A stretch of DNA of 64,000 nt from an uncultured delta proteobacterium (GTDB lineage Bacteria > Desulfobacterota > Desulfuromonadia > Geobacterales > DSM-12255), in the NCBI GenBank assembly GCA_963787125.1, contig CAWBBV010000001.1, forward strand, positions 320,001 to 384,000, in the 5' to 3' direction. Under the pieces are notes generated by a model. The model had not been told where the DNA came from. It searched no databases and saw only the letters and a list, made by a program, of their open reading frames with translations. Of this stretch, positions 20,428-31,307 are shown in pieces. A program made the translations under genes and the position numbers. Positions within the stretch are counted from its first letter, which is position 1, and each line of letters opens with the position of its first letter.

Positions 20428-22164
20428 CTAAACGTCCTCTTCAGCGAGGGTTTGCAGCTTTTCCGTAAGGGCAATAATCTCCGATATGGCTCTTTCGGTC
20501 TCCTGGGCGCTGCCCGCAACCTGTTGGGCGACATCCCGGACTTCGGTCATCGTCTCCGCCATCTGCTCACAGGCAGAGGTCTGCTGCTGAGTCGAAAGGG
20601 TGATCTCTTTGGCGGAACGCGCCGTATCCTCTACCAATTCAATGATACTGTCAAAGGAGAGCTGCACCTTGTCGACCAGATGTGATGCAGAGTCAACAGC
20701 CTTGGTCCCCTCTTCTGTTACCATGATCGTTGAATTGGTAGCTTTCTGAATCTCTTCGATAAGCCCCTTGATCTGTCTGGTCGCTTCAACAGTTCGCTCT
20801 GCAAGCCGTCTCACCTCCTGGGCAACAATGGCAAAGCGCTTACCCGATTCGCCTGCGCCGGCCGCTTCGATGGCAGCGTTAAGGGCAAGCAGGTTCGTCT
20901 GGTCGCTGATTTCGTCGATGATTTCAACAATACCGCCAATCTTCTGGCTGTTATCGCCAAGCTTGAGCATGCTTTCGGCAATGCTTTGAACCTGCTGCCG
21001 CAGTACCGACATCCCGTTGATGGCGTTACTGACTTCATCAGTCCCTTTGTGGCAGCTCTGGCTGGTAGATTCGGCAATCTTCTCGACAGAAACGGCATTT
21101 GCGGTTATCTGTTTGGCGGTAATGGCAATCTCCTCCGAGGTCGTCGTCACCTCCTGCACGGCAGCGGCCTGCTCAGTGGAGCCGGAAGACTGCTGGACGC
21201 TTATCGCCATCATCGCGTTGGCCGAGCTGGAGAGATGGATAATTGCGTCCTTGATGGAAGCCATCAGGCGGTTACTCTTTTCTACCTCGGCTCTCATACT
21301 CTTAACAATAACGGTTGTCATTTTGTTGAAGGCTTCAGCTAGAGTGCCGATTTCGTCATTGCTCTCCACGGGAGCCACTTCATCAAGGTTCCCATCAGCT
21401 ATCCGCCGAGCTGCCTGGGTAAGGCGATGCAGTGGGCGGGTATAGCGACGTACAACAACGTAGATGGTGAAGCTGGCAACGAGGAGCATGAACAGCATGG
21501 CGACGATAATCTGTGTTTTTAGCTCGGCTATCTTCTTTTCGGTTTTTTCCATGGAGAAGCCTATCCTGAACCCCCCCCAGTGCTTCCCTTTGACAAATAC
21601 CGGCACAGAGATGTCCCACATCTTCTCTCCGGTGTCGCGGGCATAGACCTGCTTTAACAGCTCTTTTTCGTTCTTGGCAGCCGCAAGTCCGACAGGGTCG
21701 TTGAAGAGTCTCTTTGTCCGGTTGCCGACCTTGTCTTTTTCTTTATCTCCGGTCAGCGGCTTTGTATATTTACTGTTATGGGTGGGGAGGTAACCGTTCC
21801 TGTCGACCAGAGCGGCAAAAACGACCTGATCATCCTTCAGGTATTCATCCTCTATCGCAAGAATCAGCTTGTCGAAATGCTTATCATATCTGGTAGTGTA
21901 CTTCTGCGGGTCGGTATTCGGGATCGGCTGGTAATTAGTGTCGAAGATCTCTTCCATAATCAAACTGCCGCTTGCCAACTGTTCTTCCATAATCCTTTCC
22001 ATCATCTTGGCGCCAATAAGAGCCTCGATCTTCCCTTTAGCGAGAAGTTCTTCCTCCATGTTTTCGCTGCGCGAATGCACGAAATAGATGGTGAAAATGG
22101 ACATAATCACAACCATGACCATAATCAGGATTCCTGCAATTTTGATCGATAACTTTTGAGACAT
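20428..22164 (-). CDS. methyl-accepting chemotaxis protein (2 TM, HAMP)
   Basis: Two TM helices, HAMP ([11 protein letters not shown]), [20 protein letters not shown] signalling tip. Confidence 0.95.
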   Translation of the reverse strand: MSQKLSIKIAGILIMVMVVIMSIFTIYFVHSRSENMEEELLAKGKIEALIGAKMMERIMEEQLASGSLIMEEIFDTNYQPIPNTDPQKYTTRYDKHFDKLILAIEDEYLKDDQVVFAALVDRNGYLPTHNSKYTKPLTGDKEKDKVGNRTKRLFNDPVGLAAAKNEKELLKQVYARDTGEKMWDISVPVFVKGKHWGGFRIGFSMEKTEKKIAELKTQIIVAMLFMLLVASFTIYVVVRRYTRPLHRLTQAARRIADGNLDEVAPVESNDEIGTLAEAFNKMTTVIVKSMRAEVEKSNRLMASIKDAIIHLSSSANAMMAISVQQSSGSTEQAAAVQEVTTTSEEIAITAKQITANAVSVEKIAESTSQSCHKGTDEVSNAINGMSVLRQQVQSIAESMLKLGDNSQKIGGIVEIIDEISDQTNLLALNAAIEAAGAGESGKRFAIVAQEVRRLAERTVEATRQIKGLIEEIQKATNSTIMVTEEGTKAVDSASHLVDKVQLSFDSIIELVEDTARSAKEITLSTQQQTSACEQMAETMTEVRDVAQQVAGSAQETERAISEIIALTEKLQTLAEEDV

Positions 22165-22197
22165 GGCGGACTCCTTGGTAAATATGTATAAACAGCG

Positions 22198-22734
22198 TTA
22201 GTCGTTCATTACCAGTAATGGTGAGTCGAGCAGCCGCGCAATATCCAGCAGCATCAACATCTCGCCATTACGATTTATCTGGCCTCGCAGGAACTCGCGG
22301 GCGGAGGGGGCAACGGACTTAACAATCGGCTCGAACATCCCCAGCGGGAGTGAGTGAACACCCTGGACAGATTCAGTCAGGATTCCGGTTGTAAAGGTTT
22401 CCCCTTTTATAACTATTATCCGTGCCGAAGCTGTCAGGGCCGACGCGGCAATGCCGAGCAGCGGTCTTATGTCCATGGCGGCTATTATCTCGCCCCTCAG
22501 GTTAAAAATTCCGACTATCAAACTGTTGCTTCCCGGCAGTTTGACAAGTTTCGGTACCCGGATGACTTCAGCGGCAAAGCCGGTCTCAAAAGCGTACTCT
22601 TCGCCCCCCAGGGTAAAGGTGATACACTCCAGGAGTTCTTCCTGCTCCTCGGTCTTTTCAGAGAGACCCTGCCAGTACTCCTGGCGCATCTCATCGAGAA
22701 TGGAGCGAATATCATAGCTTCTATTGTCAGACAT
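22198..22734 (-). CDS. cheW: CheW coupling protein
   Basis: FTLGGEEYA, GIFNLRGEI, LLDI; start reassigned to ATG 22734. Confidence 0.9.
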   Translation of the reverse strand: MSDNRSYDIRSILDEMRQEYWQGLSEKTEEQEELLECITFTLGGEEYAFETGFAAEVIRVPKLVKLPGSNSLIVGIFNLRGEIIAAMDIRPLLGIAASALTASARIIVIKGETFTTGILTESVQGVHSLPLGMFEPIVKSVAPSAREFLRGQINRNGEMLMLLDIARLLDSPLLVMND

Positions 22735-22836
22735 AATCTCTCCCCTGCTTATTAATGATGCCGATCTCAAATCAGAGCGACATCCTCGCTGGCTAGCCTG
22801 CGGCTCGTTGCTGGACTCTTTGATTTGATCCCGGAA

Positions 22837-24690
22837 TTAATCTACGCCAGTGGCTGTCACCATCGCCATATCTTTTCTGACCTGTTCAAGGAACACCTCT
22901 CTGGAAAGCCCTCCGGAAAATGGGATATGAGCTTCCCGGTCAGCCTTTTCAAGCAATTTTATACTGTTTCTGAACTCTCTGGCAGAAGTTTTAACATCTC
23001 CATTAAGAAAACAGAGCTTCCCCAGGTGATAGTGCGGCATGACAAAATCCATCTTTAACAGAACTGCTTTACGGTACTCTTTCAGCGCGTTTTCAGCGTT
23101 GTCGTGCATCTCAAAAAAGAGTCCCCGCAGGAAATAGCCTTCGGGAAGGAGATCATTGAGGGCAAGTGCCTTGTCAAAGCAGTCAAGAGCTTCTGCCCCC
23201 TTGGCGGTCATGAGGTAAATCTGGCCTGAAGCCAGAATAGCGCCGGTATGCTCCGGCTTTATCCGGAGCAGTTCCCGAAAAACTTCAGCAGCAGCAGCAT
23301 AGCTTTCCTGAAGCATTAGTCCCTGGCCTTTTGCAAAGAGAGCCTCAGGGCTAATACTGCCGGCCGGTTTGACAGAAGGCAGCGGCGCTGTTTTTTTGGG
23401 GAGATTAGCTGCCGGGTGCGCAGTTGTGCTCTGAGCTCTTGTGGCGAGCGCGGTTGACACTGAGGGTTTATTTGCCGATGCCGGCGGCTCGATTTTCTTG
23501 GTATAGTAAAAACAACCTTCATGGATATGCCGCTCAAAATTTGAAGAGACATTTGCCAGCGTTTCGGAGTGGCCGAGGAAGAGATATCCGCCGGGATTCA
23601 AGGCGTCAGCAAACATCTCTACGACCTTTTTGGTTGTAACGGTTGTGAAGTAAATCATGACATTACGGCAGAAAATGATGTCAAAGGAGGGCGCCGGCAG
23701 CAGCAGCGGCGCCTGCAGGTTAAAATAGGTGAACTCCACCAGTGACTTGACCTCATCTTTGACAATATAACTTTCGCCGATCCGGTTAAAGTATTTTTCC
23801 AGATAATGTTTTTGAGTAACCCTTATTTTCCAGGAGTTATAGACCCCTTCTTTTGCCCGGCGCAGGGAACGGCTATTTATGTCAGTAGCATATATTTTGA
23901 TATCACGTGTCTTCCAGTCAGGTATGGTGTCGATAATGGTAATAGCAAGCGTGTATGCTTCCTCGCCGGTGGAGCAGCCTGCAGACCATATCCTGATACT
24001 CTTTCCATGGGCAGGTTTTACTATGGACGGGAGTACGTTCAAGGTGAGAGCTTCAAAATGCGCATGGTAGCGGAAGAAAAAGGTTTCGCCGACGGTCAGT
24101 AGCTGGAGCAGTTTCTGCAGCTCCTGCCGCTTTTCCATGTTCTCTTCCAGAAAGGCGAAGTAATCACTGAACAAGGCGATTCGCAGGGCTGACATCCGAC
24201 TGGCAAGGCCGCGCTCCAGCACCTTGATATTGCGGCGTTCGAAGTGAAGCCCGCTGTGTTGTATCAGGAAGTCATGAAAATTGCGATGCTCGTCATGGGT
24301 AAGCTGCTGCTTGACGGAAGAGGTACGTTTTTTTCGGCCTTCGGAGATCATCCTGATGTCTTCACGCAGGCGTCTCAAGTCAACAGGCTTACAGATAAAG
24401 TCAAAGAGATGGAGCAGCTCGAATTCGAGTTCGGGAAAGTCAGAGATGACGATTATCGGGATATTGCTGGTTGTAAAAGAGTGGTGAAGGCGATTAACGG
24501 TTTCTATCCCGGCTAAATCAGGCATGGAAATTTCGACCAGGATCAGGTCCGGGCGCTGTTCAACCGCCTGCTGAATGGCAGTTTTCTCGCCTGATATTGA
24601 CACGGGTCGCTGGCCTTCAGTCGCAAGAAAGCGACAGAGCATTCCGGACAGCTCGTCGTTTTGGTTAATGACCAGGATATTGAGCGGCAT
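22837..24690 (-). CDS. cheR: CheR methyltransferase with N-terminal pseudo-receiver and C-terminal TPR
   Basis: TVGETFFFR, IWSAGCSTGEEAY, ATDIN, FCRNVMIYF, GGYLFLGHSE; TPR-like repeats; REC-like N-terminus. Confidence 0.92.
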   Translation of the reverse strand: MPLNILVINQNDELSGMLCRFLATEGQRPVSISGEKTAIQQAVEQRPDLILVEISMPDLAGIETVNRLHHSFTTSNIPIIVISDFPELEFELLHLFDFICKPVDLRRLREDIRMISEGRKKRTSSVKQQLTHDEHRNFHDFLIQHSGLHFERRNIKVLERGLASRMSALRIALFSDYFAFLEENMEKRQELQKLLQLLTVGETFFFRYHAHFEALTLNVLPSIVKPAHGKSIRIWSAGCSTGEEAYTLAITIIDTIPDWKTRDIKIYATDINSRSLRRAKEGVYNSWKIRVTQKHYLEKYFNRIGESYIVKDEVKSLVEFTYFNLQAPLLLPAPSFDIIFCRNVMIYFTTVTTKKVVEMFADALNPGGYLFLGHSETLANVSSNFERHIHEGCFYYTKKIEPPASANKPSVSTALATRAQSTTAHPAANLPKKTAPLPSVKPAGSISPEALFAKGQGLMLQESYAAAAEVFRELLRIKPEHTGAILASGQIYLMTAKGAEALDCFDKALALNDLLPEGYFLRGLFFEMHDNAENALKEYRKAVLLKMDFVMPHYHLGKLCFLNGDVKTSAREFRNSIKLLEKADREAHIPFSGGLSREVFLEQVRKDMAMVTATGVD

Positions 24691-24692
24691 CT

Positions 24693-25175
24693 TTAACCCT
24701 CTCTTCCTTCTAGAAGAACTGCTACCGAGTAAGCTGCAATCCCCTCTTCTCTCCCGGCAAAGCCGAGCTCTTCGGTCGTCGTCGCCTTTACATTTATCCG
24801 GTCAGGATCAACATTGATGACAGCGGCAATATTGGCCCGCATCTGTGCAATGAATGGCGCAAGTTTAGGTTTCTGGGCAACAATCGTGGCGTCAAGATTG
24901 CCGATGCGGTAACCTTTATCAGCTGCCAGAAGCGCTACCTGGCGGAGAAGATCGGTGCTGGCGGCTCCTTTATAGACAGGATTCGTATCGGGAAAATGTC
25001 TGCCAATATCACCTTCTCCGATCGCACCCAGTATTGCATCGCAGATCGCATGGAGCAGCACATCCGCATCCGAATGGCCGAGCAGACCGGTTTCGTGGGG
25101 TATTTCCACGCCGCCGAGGATGAGCTTGCGCCCGGCAACCAGCTTGTGTACGTCATAGCCATGGCCTATTCTCAT
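24693..25175 (-). CDS. ispF: 2-C-methyl-D-erythritol 2,4-cyclodiphosphate synthase
   Basis: [39 protein letters not shown]. Confidence 0.97.
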   Translation of the reverse strand: MRIGHGYDVHKLVAGRKLILGGVEIPHETGLLGHSDADVLLHAICDAILGAIGEGDIGRHFPDTNPVYKGAASTDLLRQVALLAADKGYRIGNLDATIVAQKPKLAPFIAQMRANIAAVINVDPDRINVKATTTEELGFAGREEGIAAYSVAVLLEGREG

Positions 25176-25873
25176 GAAAAACTCTTCCCGTGTTTCTGCA
25201 AAAACGCTTCAGCCAGAATTAAATCCTCCGGTGTTGTAATCTTGATATTCCGGTAATCACCAATAACAACATGAATCTTTTTCCCTATTCTCTCCAGGAG
25301 CGAGGTGTCGTCGGTACCGATAAATCCTTCAGCTTCAGCAAGTTCGTGGGCGGCGCGAATTACCTTGTAACGAAAAGTTTGTGGTGTCTGGGCGAGCCAG
25401 AGAGCTTCGCGCGGCGGAGTTGCTGCCACAAAGGCATCCTTGACAATCTTGACCGTATCTTTTACCGGAACCGCTACCAAAGCGCCATCATACTCAAGAG
25501 CCATGTCGATCGAGCGTTTTAGCGCTGCCAGTGGCGCAAACGGCCGGACACCGTCATGAATGAGCACTATATCGTCAGCAGCGCAGTCAAGTGCGCGTAG
25601 CCCGTTCAGCACCGAAAACTGCCGTTCAGTTCCGCCGGCGACAATCTGACGAACCTTATCTATACCATATTTCTCGACCAGATGAATCCGGCAGTATTCG
25701 ATCTCCTCGGTCGGAACGACTATAAAGATTTCATCAATGAAGTCAGCCTGCTGGAAAAGTTCGAGAGTGTGGGCAAGAATCGGTTTACCGTCGAGCAGCA
25801 GATACTGCTTGTTTATCGAAGCTCCCATCCGCTTCCCCATGCCGGCTGCCGGGATTAATGCCACTCTTTTCAA
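25172..25873 (-). CDS. ispD: 2-C-methyl-D-erythritol 4-phosphate cytidylyltransferase
   Basis: [36 protein letters not shown]. Confidence 0.96.
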   Translation of the reverse strand: MKRVALIPAAGMGKRMGASINKQYLLLDGKPILAHTLELFQQADFIDEIFIVVPTEEIEYCRIHLVEKYGIDKVRQIVAGGTERQFSVLNGLRALDCAADDIVLIHDGVRPFAPLAALKRSIDMALEYDGALVAVPVKDTVKIVKDAFVAATPPREALWLAQTPQTFRYKVIRAAHELAEAEGFIGTDDTSLLERIGKKIHVVIGDYRNIKITTPEDLILAEAFLQKHGKSFS

Positions 25874-25892
25874 TGCTGCTCCTTTTTTGTGC

Positions 25893-26897
25893 CTAAGTTA
25901 CGCAGATAAAATCCTTGCCATCGGCAAGACCGGTCTTAACAGCCCACTCCCTTATCCCGGCTCTGGCCCCGCGTGTCCCCACCGTTACCAACAGCTTTGC
26001 GCCCTTCGGCAATATTTTATAAGGGGAGACAATCTCAGCGCCGTGAAGAATTCTCCCATGTTTTTTAGGGTCAACATCTATCCAGCGACTGACGGTTACG
26101 CCAATTTCTGCCAGGATTCGCTGCCATGCCCGTCCTTCCTTGCCTGCCCCTGCAAGAATTACCTCGGTAACCTTGCTCAAAAAGCCCTTTTGCAGGTGGT
26201 GTGCCTTGCAGCGCCTAAAAGCATCTTCCGAGTATTCAGACATGGTCCGGGTCGCCCTCTGCGGGCGGTCACGCCAGAAAATCAGCGGTTCACCGGATCT
26301 GGCAAAACGGACTGAAGCATGAGCCATCCGGAGCCAAAGGTCATAATCTTCTGCCCACCCCATATCCCGGTAACCGCCAAGTTTCTCAACAACCTCTCTT
26401 TTGAACATGACGCCGGGGTGAACAAAGGGTGACTCGACAAAAATATCAGCCATTATGCGATCATGGCTTGACAGGCAGTTCTGCCACTCCTCATAGGCAA
26501 GCATGCCGATTTTCAGTCCCGCGCGCGGGAAGTGGCGGAATGAGGATGCCACCAGCCCCGTTTCAGGTTCCGCTGCAAAAATTTCAAGCTGCTTTGCCAG
26601 TCGCTGTGGATGCGAGATGTCATCGCCGTCCATTCTTGCCACAAAAGGTGCCCGGCACTCCGCCAAACCGAGATTAAGCGCCGGAACCAGTCCATGATCA
26701 CGGTTTTGAATCACTTTTATCCGCTTGTCGGCTGCGGCTGCGGCAAGGATCTGAGCCGTACCGTCCGTAGAGCCGTCATCGACGGCAATCAATTCCCATG
26801 CAGCCACTGTTTGCGCTTTGATAGAGGCTATTGCCCCCCGCAGGTAGCGTTCTTCGTTTTTGACCGGCATGACAAAGGAAACGATTGGATCAGTCAC
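25893..26897 (-). CDS. family 2 glycosyltransferase
   Basis: [28 protein letters not shown]. Confidence 0.9.
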   Translation of the reverse strand: MTDPIVSFVMPVKNEERYLRGAIASIKAQTVAAWELIAVDDGSTDGTAQILAAAAADKRIKVIQNRDHGLVPALNLGLAECRAPFVARMDGDDISHPQRLAKQLEIFAAEPETGLVASSFRHFPRAGLKIGMLAYEEWQNCLSSHDRIMADIFVESPFVHPGVMFKREVVEKLGGYRDMGWAEDYDLWLRMAHASVRFARSGEPLIFWRDRPQRATRTMSEYSEDAFRRCKAHHLQKGFLSKVTEVILAGAGKEGRAWQRILAEIGVTVSRWIDVDPKKHGRILHGAEIVSPYKILPKGAKLLVTVGTRGARAGIREWAVKTGLADGKDFICVT

Positions 26898-27135
26898 CCG
26901 GCGCTAGTTCCTTGCGCACAGGCGACAGGCGCTGCGGCTTTGTCCGGTTGTCAACATTGGCGCAGTATACGCGAAACTCCATCGATAATCCCCTGTATTT
27001 TCAAACAATGTTACACAAAACTGCGATTCTGTCTATTTAGAAGTTTCCAAAAAACCGTTAAATAGGTTGACTAACCGTATAGTCATTTACTACCGTTTAA
27101 ATGTTGGCAAAACTTTGCGGGCGGGCGAACTGATC

Positions 27136-28200
27136 ATGAATATTGAGCAGCTGAAGATTGTGCTGAAAGAGATAGTCACTAAAACCGAATTGACACCCTG
27201 TGTGGTCGGCCACCGTGGTGTCGGCAAGACCGCCGCTATAAGACAGGTCTGCAGTGAACTCAAGCGGAACTATGTACCGTTGCGGCTCGGGCAGATGGAG
27301 GTTGGCGACCTGGTCGGGATACCTTATCGCGAGGGGGAGATCATGCACTGGTCAAGGCCCTCCTGGTGGCCGGTGGAGAGTGATGCCGAAGCGATCGTCC
27401 ACTGTGATGAGCTTAACCGTGCCCAGCAGGATGATACTCTGCAGGCAATTTTCCAGTTTATCGAACCACCGCTGTCTGGCGGCAGCAGAGGGCTGCACAC
27501 TCACCGCCTGCACCCCAGGCACAAGGTCATTGTTACCATAAATCCGCCGGACGGAACCTATCAGGTGGTGCCGCTTGACCGTGCCCTGATTGACCGGATG
27601 GTAATGCTTTATGTAGAAAGTGATTACAACTGCTGGGCGCGTTATGCCCGAGCGTCAGAATTTGACGGTTCTGTTCAGGATTTTTTGGCTGCCAACCAGA
27701 ACCTGCTCGCCCATGATAACCACCCGATGGAGATGGAGGCCAAGCCGTCGGAGCGCGGTTGGGAGATGGTCAGTACGTTGAGGCGCTCCTGCAGTTTCCC
27801 GAGTGAGCTGGAGATGGAGGTTTATGCCGGCATTGTCGGTCAGGAGGCGGCTATCGCGTTTCTGCGCTGGCAGAAAGAGACTCGTGAGCGACCGCTGACA
27901 GCAGTGGAGATTCTTGATCATTTTGGAGACGTCGCCGTGCGGGCGCAGCGGCAACGAGAGGATCAGCACGGCGCTTCCATGAGCGGCTTGATTGCTGCCC
28001 TGCGGCTGGCCGGCGGACTTACGGAACTGCAGGAGGAGAACCTTGTTGCCTATCTCGCCATCCTCCACCGTGACCTCAAGTTTGCCATGGTGAAGAGTCT
28101 GCTGACAATCCCTCTGGTCGCAACGACTCTTACGAAAGACAAGTATGATCCGGTTATCCTTGACGCCATCCGGGCGATAAGCTCCGAAGCCGCGAACTGA
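27136..28200 (+). CDS. MoxR/dynein-related AAA+ ATPase
   Basis: Walker A GHRGVGKT, GDLVGIP, Walker B CDELNRA, LDRALIDR, PSERGWE. Confidence 0.85.
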   Translation: MNIEQLKIVLKEIVTKTELTPCVVGHRGVGKTAAIRQVCSELKRNYVPLRLGQMEVGDLVGIPYREGEIMHWSRPSWWPVESDAEAIVHCDELNRAQQDDTLQAIFQFIEPPLSGGSRGLHTHRLHPRHKVIVTINPPDGTYQVVPLDRALIDRMVMLYVESDYNCWARYARASEFDGSVQDFLAANQNLLAHDNHPMEMEAKPSERGWEMVSTLRRSCSFPSELEMEVYAGIVGQEAAIAFLRWQKETRERPLTAVEILDHFGDVAVRAQRQREDQHGASMSGLIAALRLAGGLTELQEENLVAYLAILHRDLKFAMVKSLLTIPLVATTLTKDKYDPVILDAIRAISSEAAN

Positions 28201-28203
28201 AAC

Positions 28204-29373
28204 ATGAATGGAAGGATCCTCGAAAATACCGTTGTCCGTCTCCTCAAAAAACGCCCGTTTTACGGCTACCTGCTGACAGGTACGCGTAAAACGGTCGGCT
28301 CGGCAGGGCATCCGGTCGGTATAACTTTCAGCGCCGGCATCCCAACACTTAAAAGCAATGAAAGTCTGCTCGCCTCATATCCAGCGGACCAGCAGGAGGC
28401 GCTGCTGGAGCACTGCGTTCTGCATCTGCTTCATCTTCATCCGCTGCGGCGCAAAGAGCGCAATCGCCATGATTGGGACGTTGCCTGCGATCTGGCTATT
28501 AATCCGGGGATAGAGAGTATGCCGCTATCGACTCCATTCCCGGATTATTTTCACCTTCCCGATGGTCTGGCAGCCGAGGAGTATTACCAGCAGCTGGTTG
28601 ACCCTTTTGATACCGGCAATCTTAATGGCGCAGGAGCAGGAAGCGCCGAGAAGGATGATACCGGACTTTCAGGAAAAGGTCAGGGCGAGAGCGATCCTGC
28701 CCCGCTGGATGACCATTCAATCTGGGAGGAGGCTGACTCTACGCCGCTGTGTCTGGCCGAGGAGATGGTGCGGGCGATGGTGCGGGACGCCTGGCAGAAG
28801 TGCGATGGCGATGTCCCGGGGGAACTGCGACCGCTGGTCGAATTGCTACTGGCAGCGCCGCGGATTCCGTGGAAGTTGATTCTGCGGCAGTTTGTAGCCA
28901 ATGCGGGTCGGGTCGGTAAAAAATCTACCTGGCAACGCGTGAATCGGCGTTTTGCGTATGCAACTCCCGGGAGCAGGAAACGGCACCGGCTGAATTTGCT
29001 CATCGGTGTTGATGTGAGCGATTCGACCAATGCACCGGAACTGCGGGAGGCGTTTGCCGCCGAACTTGCCAGAATTGCAGGGGGGGGCGATAGTTCGCTG
29101 ACCGTTCTCTACGCCAACAGCCGGATTCAGCAGCTGGAAAGCTTTCGCGGCAGTAGTGTCAAGCTTGAAAGTTATCACGGTGGTGGCTTCACCGACCTGC
29201 GTCCGGTTTTTGCGTACGCCCGAACCATGCAGCCGCGGCCGGCAGCGATAATTTATCTCACCGACGGCATCGGCCCGGCACCTGAGGAGATGGAGTTTCC
29301 GACGTTATGGGTGTTGACTGGTGAAGGAGAGAAGCCTGTGCCGTGGGGGGTGGAGCTGAGACTGGAGGTTTAA
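28204..29373 (+). CDS. DUF2201-like protein (metallopeptidase-like N-domain plus VWA-like domain)
   Basis: HCVLH..WDVACDLAIN N-domain; MIDAS DVSDS, GGGFTDL, IYLTDG, TLWVL. Confidence 0.8.
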   Translation: MNGRILENTVVRLLKKRPFYGYLLTGTRKTVGSAGHPVGITFSAGIPTLKSNESLLASYPADQQEALLEHCVLHLLHLHPLRRKERNRHDWDVACDLAINPGIESMPLSTPFPDYFHLPDGLAAEEYYQQLVDPFDTGNLNGAGAGSAEKDDTGLSGKGQGESDPAPLDDHSIWEEADSTPLCLAEEMVRAMVRDAWQKCDGDVPGELRPLVELLLAAPRIPWKLILRQFVANAGRVGKKSTWQRVNRRFAYATPGSRKRHRLNLLIGVDVSDSTNAPELREAFAAELARIAGGGDSSLTVLYANSRIQQLESFRGSSVKLESYHGGGFTDLRPVFAYARTMQPRPAAIIYLTDGIGPAPEEMEFPTLWVLTGEGEKPVPWGVELRLEV

Positions 29374-29403
29374 CGAGCCCCGTAGCTTCAGCCACGGGGC
29401 TCG
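29374..29403. terminator. hairpin between convergent genes
   Basis: CGAGCCCCGTAGC-ttca-GCCACGGGGCTCG. Confidence 0.6.
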
Positions 29404-29423
29404 CTAAGGAATAGTAGCAGCTT

Positions 29424-30860
29424 TTACTTTTTAGCGCTTCTTCCCCCGGCTTTCAGCGGATCACCTTTGTAGCCGAGCTCCTTCCAGTTCATCCTGTTGC
29501 CCCCCATGTGACATTCGCCACACTGCAGCGCCTCCTCTTTCGGCGACACCTCATGACTGGCACTGATGTAGGAGACCGTATTAACGAACTCGTATTTGCC
29601 GCTGTAAGGCAGGATGTCCGAACCGTTTTTAAGCGCCTTGTCCCAGCTGTAGTCATCCCAGAGAGATTTATACTGCTGGAAGATGCCGAGATATTTGTAC
29701 TTTGAGTCCATCGGCTGGTCGCCGGTATAGAGCTTGTACGGATAAATCTTGGCGCTCTTATCCTTGATATCGCCGACCGGCTTTGTCATCATCACCGGTT
29801 TTTTCGGATCCTTGATTTTGTCGCCCACCATGTAACGCTCAATCTTGCCGTTGTACCAGGCGTAGGCCGGAGTTACATTCATTGCCCAAGTAAAGGAGCC
29901 CTTCTTTTTCATAAACGTCTCTTTGTCGAACTGTTCGTCGGCCTTGATATCCTTGCCCACATCAGACCATTTCCAACTCATCTTGGTGGCCTGTCCCTTG
30001 GCAAAGACCGGAATATGACAGGTTTCACAGGCAACGGCTGAGAGATGTCCGTTCAGAATAGTCCCGTTCTTTGACTTCTGGTGCGGCGCCATTTTGCCGG
30101 TGTGGCAGTCAGTACAGGCGACTCTGGCATCATAGTGTGCCATCATACTGGATGCACCGGCAATCTTGTGCTCTTTAGTCTTATGACAGGTCTGGCAGCT
30201 CATGTCCTGGCCGCCGCTGGCCTTGGAGCCCATGTGAACATCCTGCTTTTTCACAGTTTTTTCCAGGGTAGAATCAAGCCCGGCATGCTTGACCGCGTCA
30301 GCGCCGCCGCCAAAGAAGTGGCAGTAGCCGCAGTTTCGCCGCGTCGGCATGCCGACACTTTTGGCTGCCAGATCAAGATCCATGACCCCTTTTTCCATCG
30401 ACTTCATGTCAACGGTGCAGCCGACCGATGCCCGCTGGTAGTTGCCTTGTCCAGCATGACAGATCAGGCAGTCCACATTCTCTTTATTGCTGAAATCATA
30501 ATCGGTGCGGGTCCAGCCGTAGCCGGCATGACATTTGTCACAGGCTTCGTGCACTATACCGTCCTTGCCTGCCTGTATGGAGGTGCAAAAGGCGTTGAGC
30601 ATGTTCGCCTTACCGAAGAGTTTGTCACTCTTTTCCAGCCCTTTCACATGATTGGGCGTCCCCTTCCAGTTCCAGTGAGTCGTCTTCATGAAGTCAGCCG
30701 CCTGTTTTTCATGACACTCAAGGCAGGCCCTGGTAACTTCCGGTCCGCTTTTGAAGCCACCTTTCAGGTGCCTGGAATGATCTTCAGCAGCAAAAACAGT
30801 AGTTACTGTAAACAGCAATACGGCGGCAAACAACATGTTGATTATTTTTGCAGATTTCAT
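29424..30860 (-). CDS. octaheme c-type cytochrome, tetrathionate reductase (OTR) family
   Basis: Signal peptide; 8 CxxCH (CLECH, CDKCH, CLICH, CGYCH, CQTCH, CTDCH, CETCH, CGECH); THWNW, NAFC, CHFFGGG. Confidence 0.88.
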   Translation of the reverse strand: MKSAKIINMLFAAVLLFTVTTVFAAEDHSRHLKGGFKSGPEVTRACLECHEKQAADFMKTTHWNWKGTPNHVKGLEKSDKLFGKANMLNAFCTSIQAGKDGIVHEACDKCHAGYGWTRTDYDFSNKENVDCLICHAGQGNYQRASVGCTVDMKSMEKGVMDLDLAAKSVGMPTRRNCGYCHFFGGGADAVKHAGLDSTLEKTVKKQDVHMGSKASGGQDMSCQTCHKTKEHKIAGASSMMAHYDARVACTDCHTGKMAPHQKSKNGTILNGHLSAVACETCHIPVFAKGQATKMSWKWSDVGKDIKADEQFDKETFMKKKGSFTWAMNVTPAYAWYNGKIERYMVGDKIKDPKKPVMMTKPVGDIKDKSAKIYPYKLYTGDQPMDSKYKYLGIFQQYKSLWDDYSWDKALKNGSDILPYSGKYEFVNTVSYISASHEVSPKEEALQCGECHMGGNRMNWKELGYKGDPLKAGGRSAKK

Positions 30861-30882
30861 AAACCCTCCGTCTCTTTATCGG

Positions 30883-31206
30883 TCAGCAACCGGCAGTTTT
30901 CTTGAAGGACTTACTGAGGTTTTTACCGCCTTCATTGTCATACCTGCAGCGGATTTCATCGTCGACAACGATCCGCTTATCCTTGAACTTATCCAGAGTT
31001 AACTCATCATTTATCAAAATCGGGATCTCGACGCCGCTTTTTGTGTCTTTCAGCACGGCAATTGCTGATTTACCGTCAACGGCCAGCTCAATTTTCGATA
31101 CGGTGCCGACCATTTTAATCTCTTCGGCATTGGCTGTTGAGGTGAAAAAGAGAGTTCCTATTGCAAGGAATAGGGAAAAAATGGAGTAAGTAAGAAACCT
31201 TTTCAT
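30883..31206 (-). CDS. small exported protein with C-terminal KKTAGC tail
   Basis: Signal peptide (ANA-EE cleavage), beta-rich body, terminal Gly-Cys; AAGGAG RBS. Confidence 0.8.
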   Translation of the reverse strand: MKRFLTYSIFSLFLAIGTLFFTSTANAEEIKMVGTVSKIELAVDGKSAIAVLKDTKSGVEIPILINDELTLDKFKDKRIVVDDEIRCRYDNEGGKNLSKSFKKTAGC

Positions 31207-31307
31207 TGATACACTCCTTAAAATAGTTTTAATCGCTTGCGCTGTGTAACAGCGGAAAAAATAACCGGCAACAAGGGCACGATTATTACCCATGTTGCCG
31301 TAGCTTT

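Noticed and set aside
29374..29403. IS200/IS605 end or REP remnant
   Set aside because: Resembles such hairpins, but no tnpA/tnpB is nearby and its position fits a terminator between convergent genes
30860..30885. Possible selenocysteine read-through at GC-TGA of the small protein
   Set aside because: Read-through is out of frame with the OTR gene, no SECIS-like hairpin is evident, and the OTR RBS follows directly
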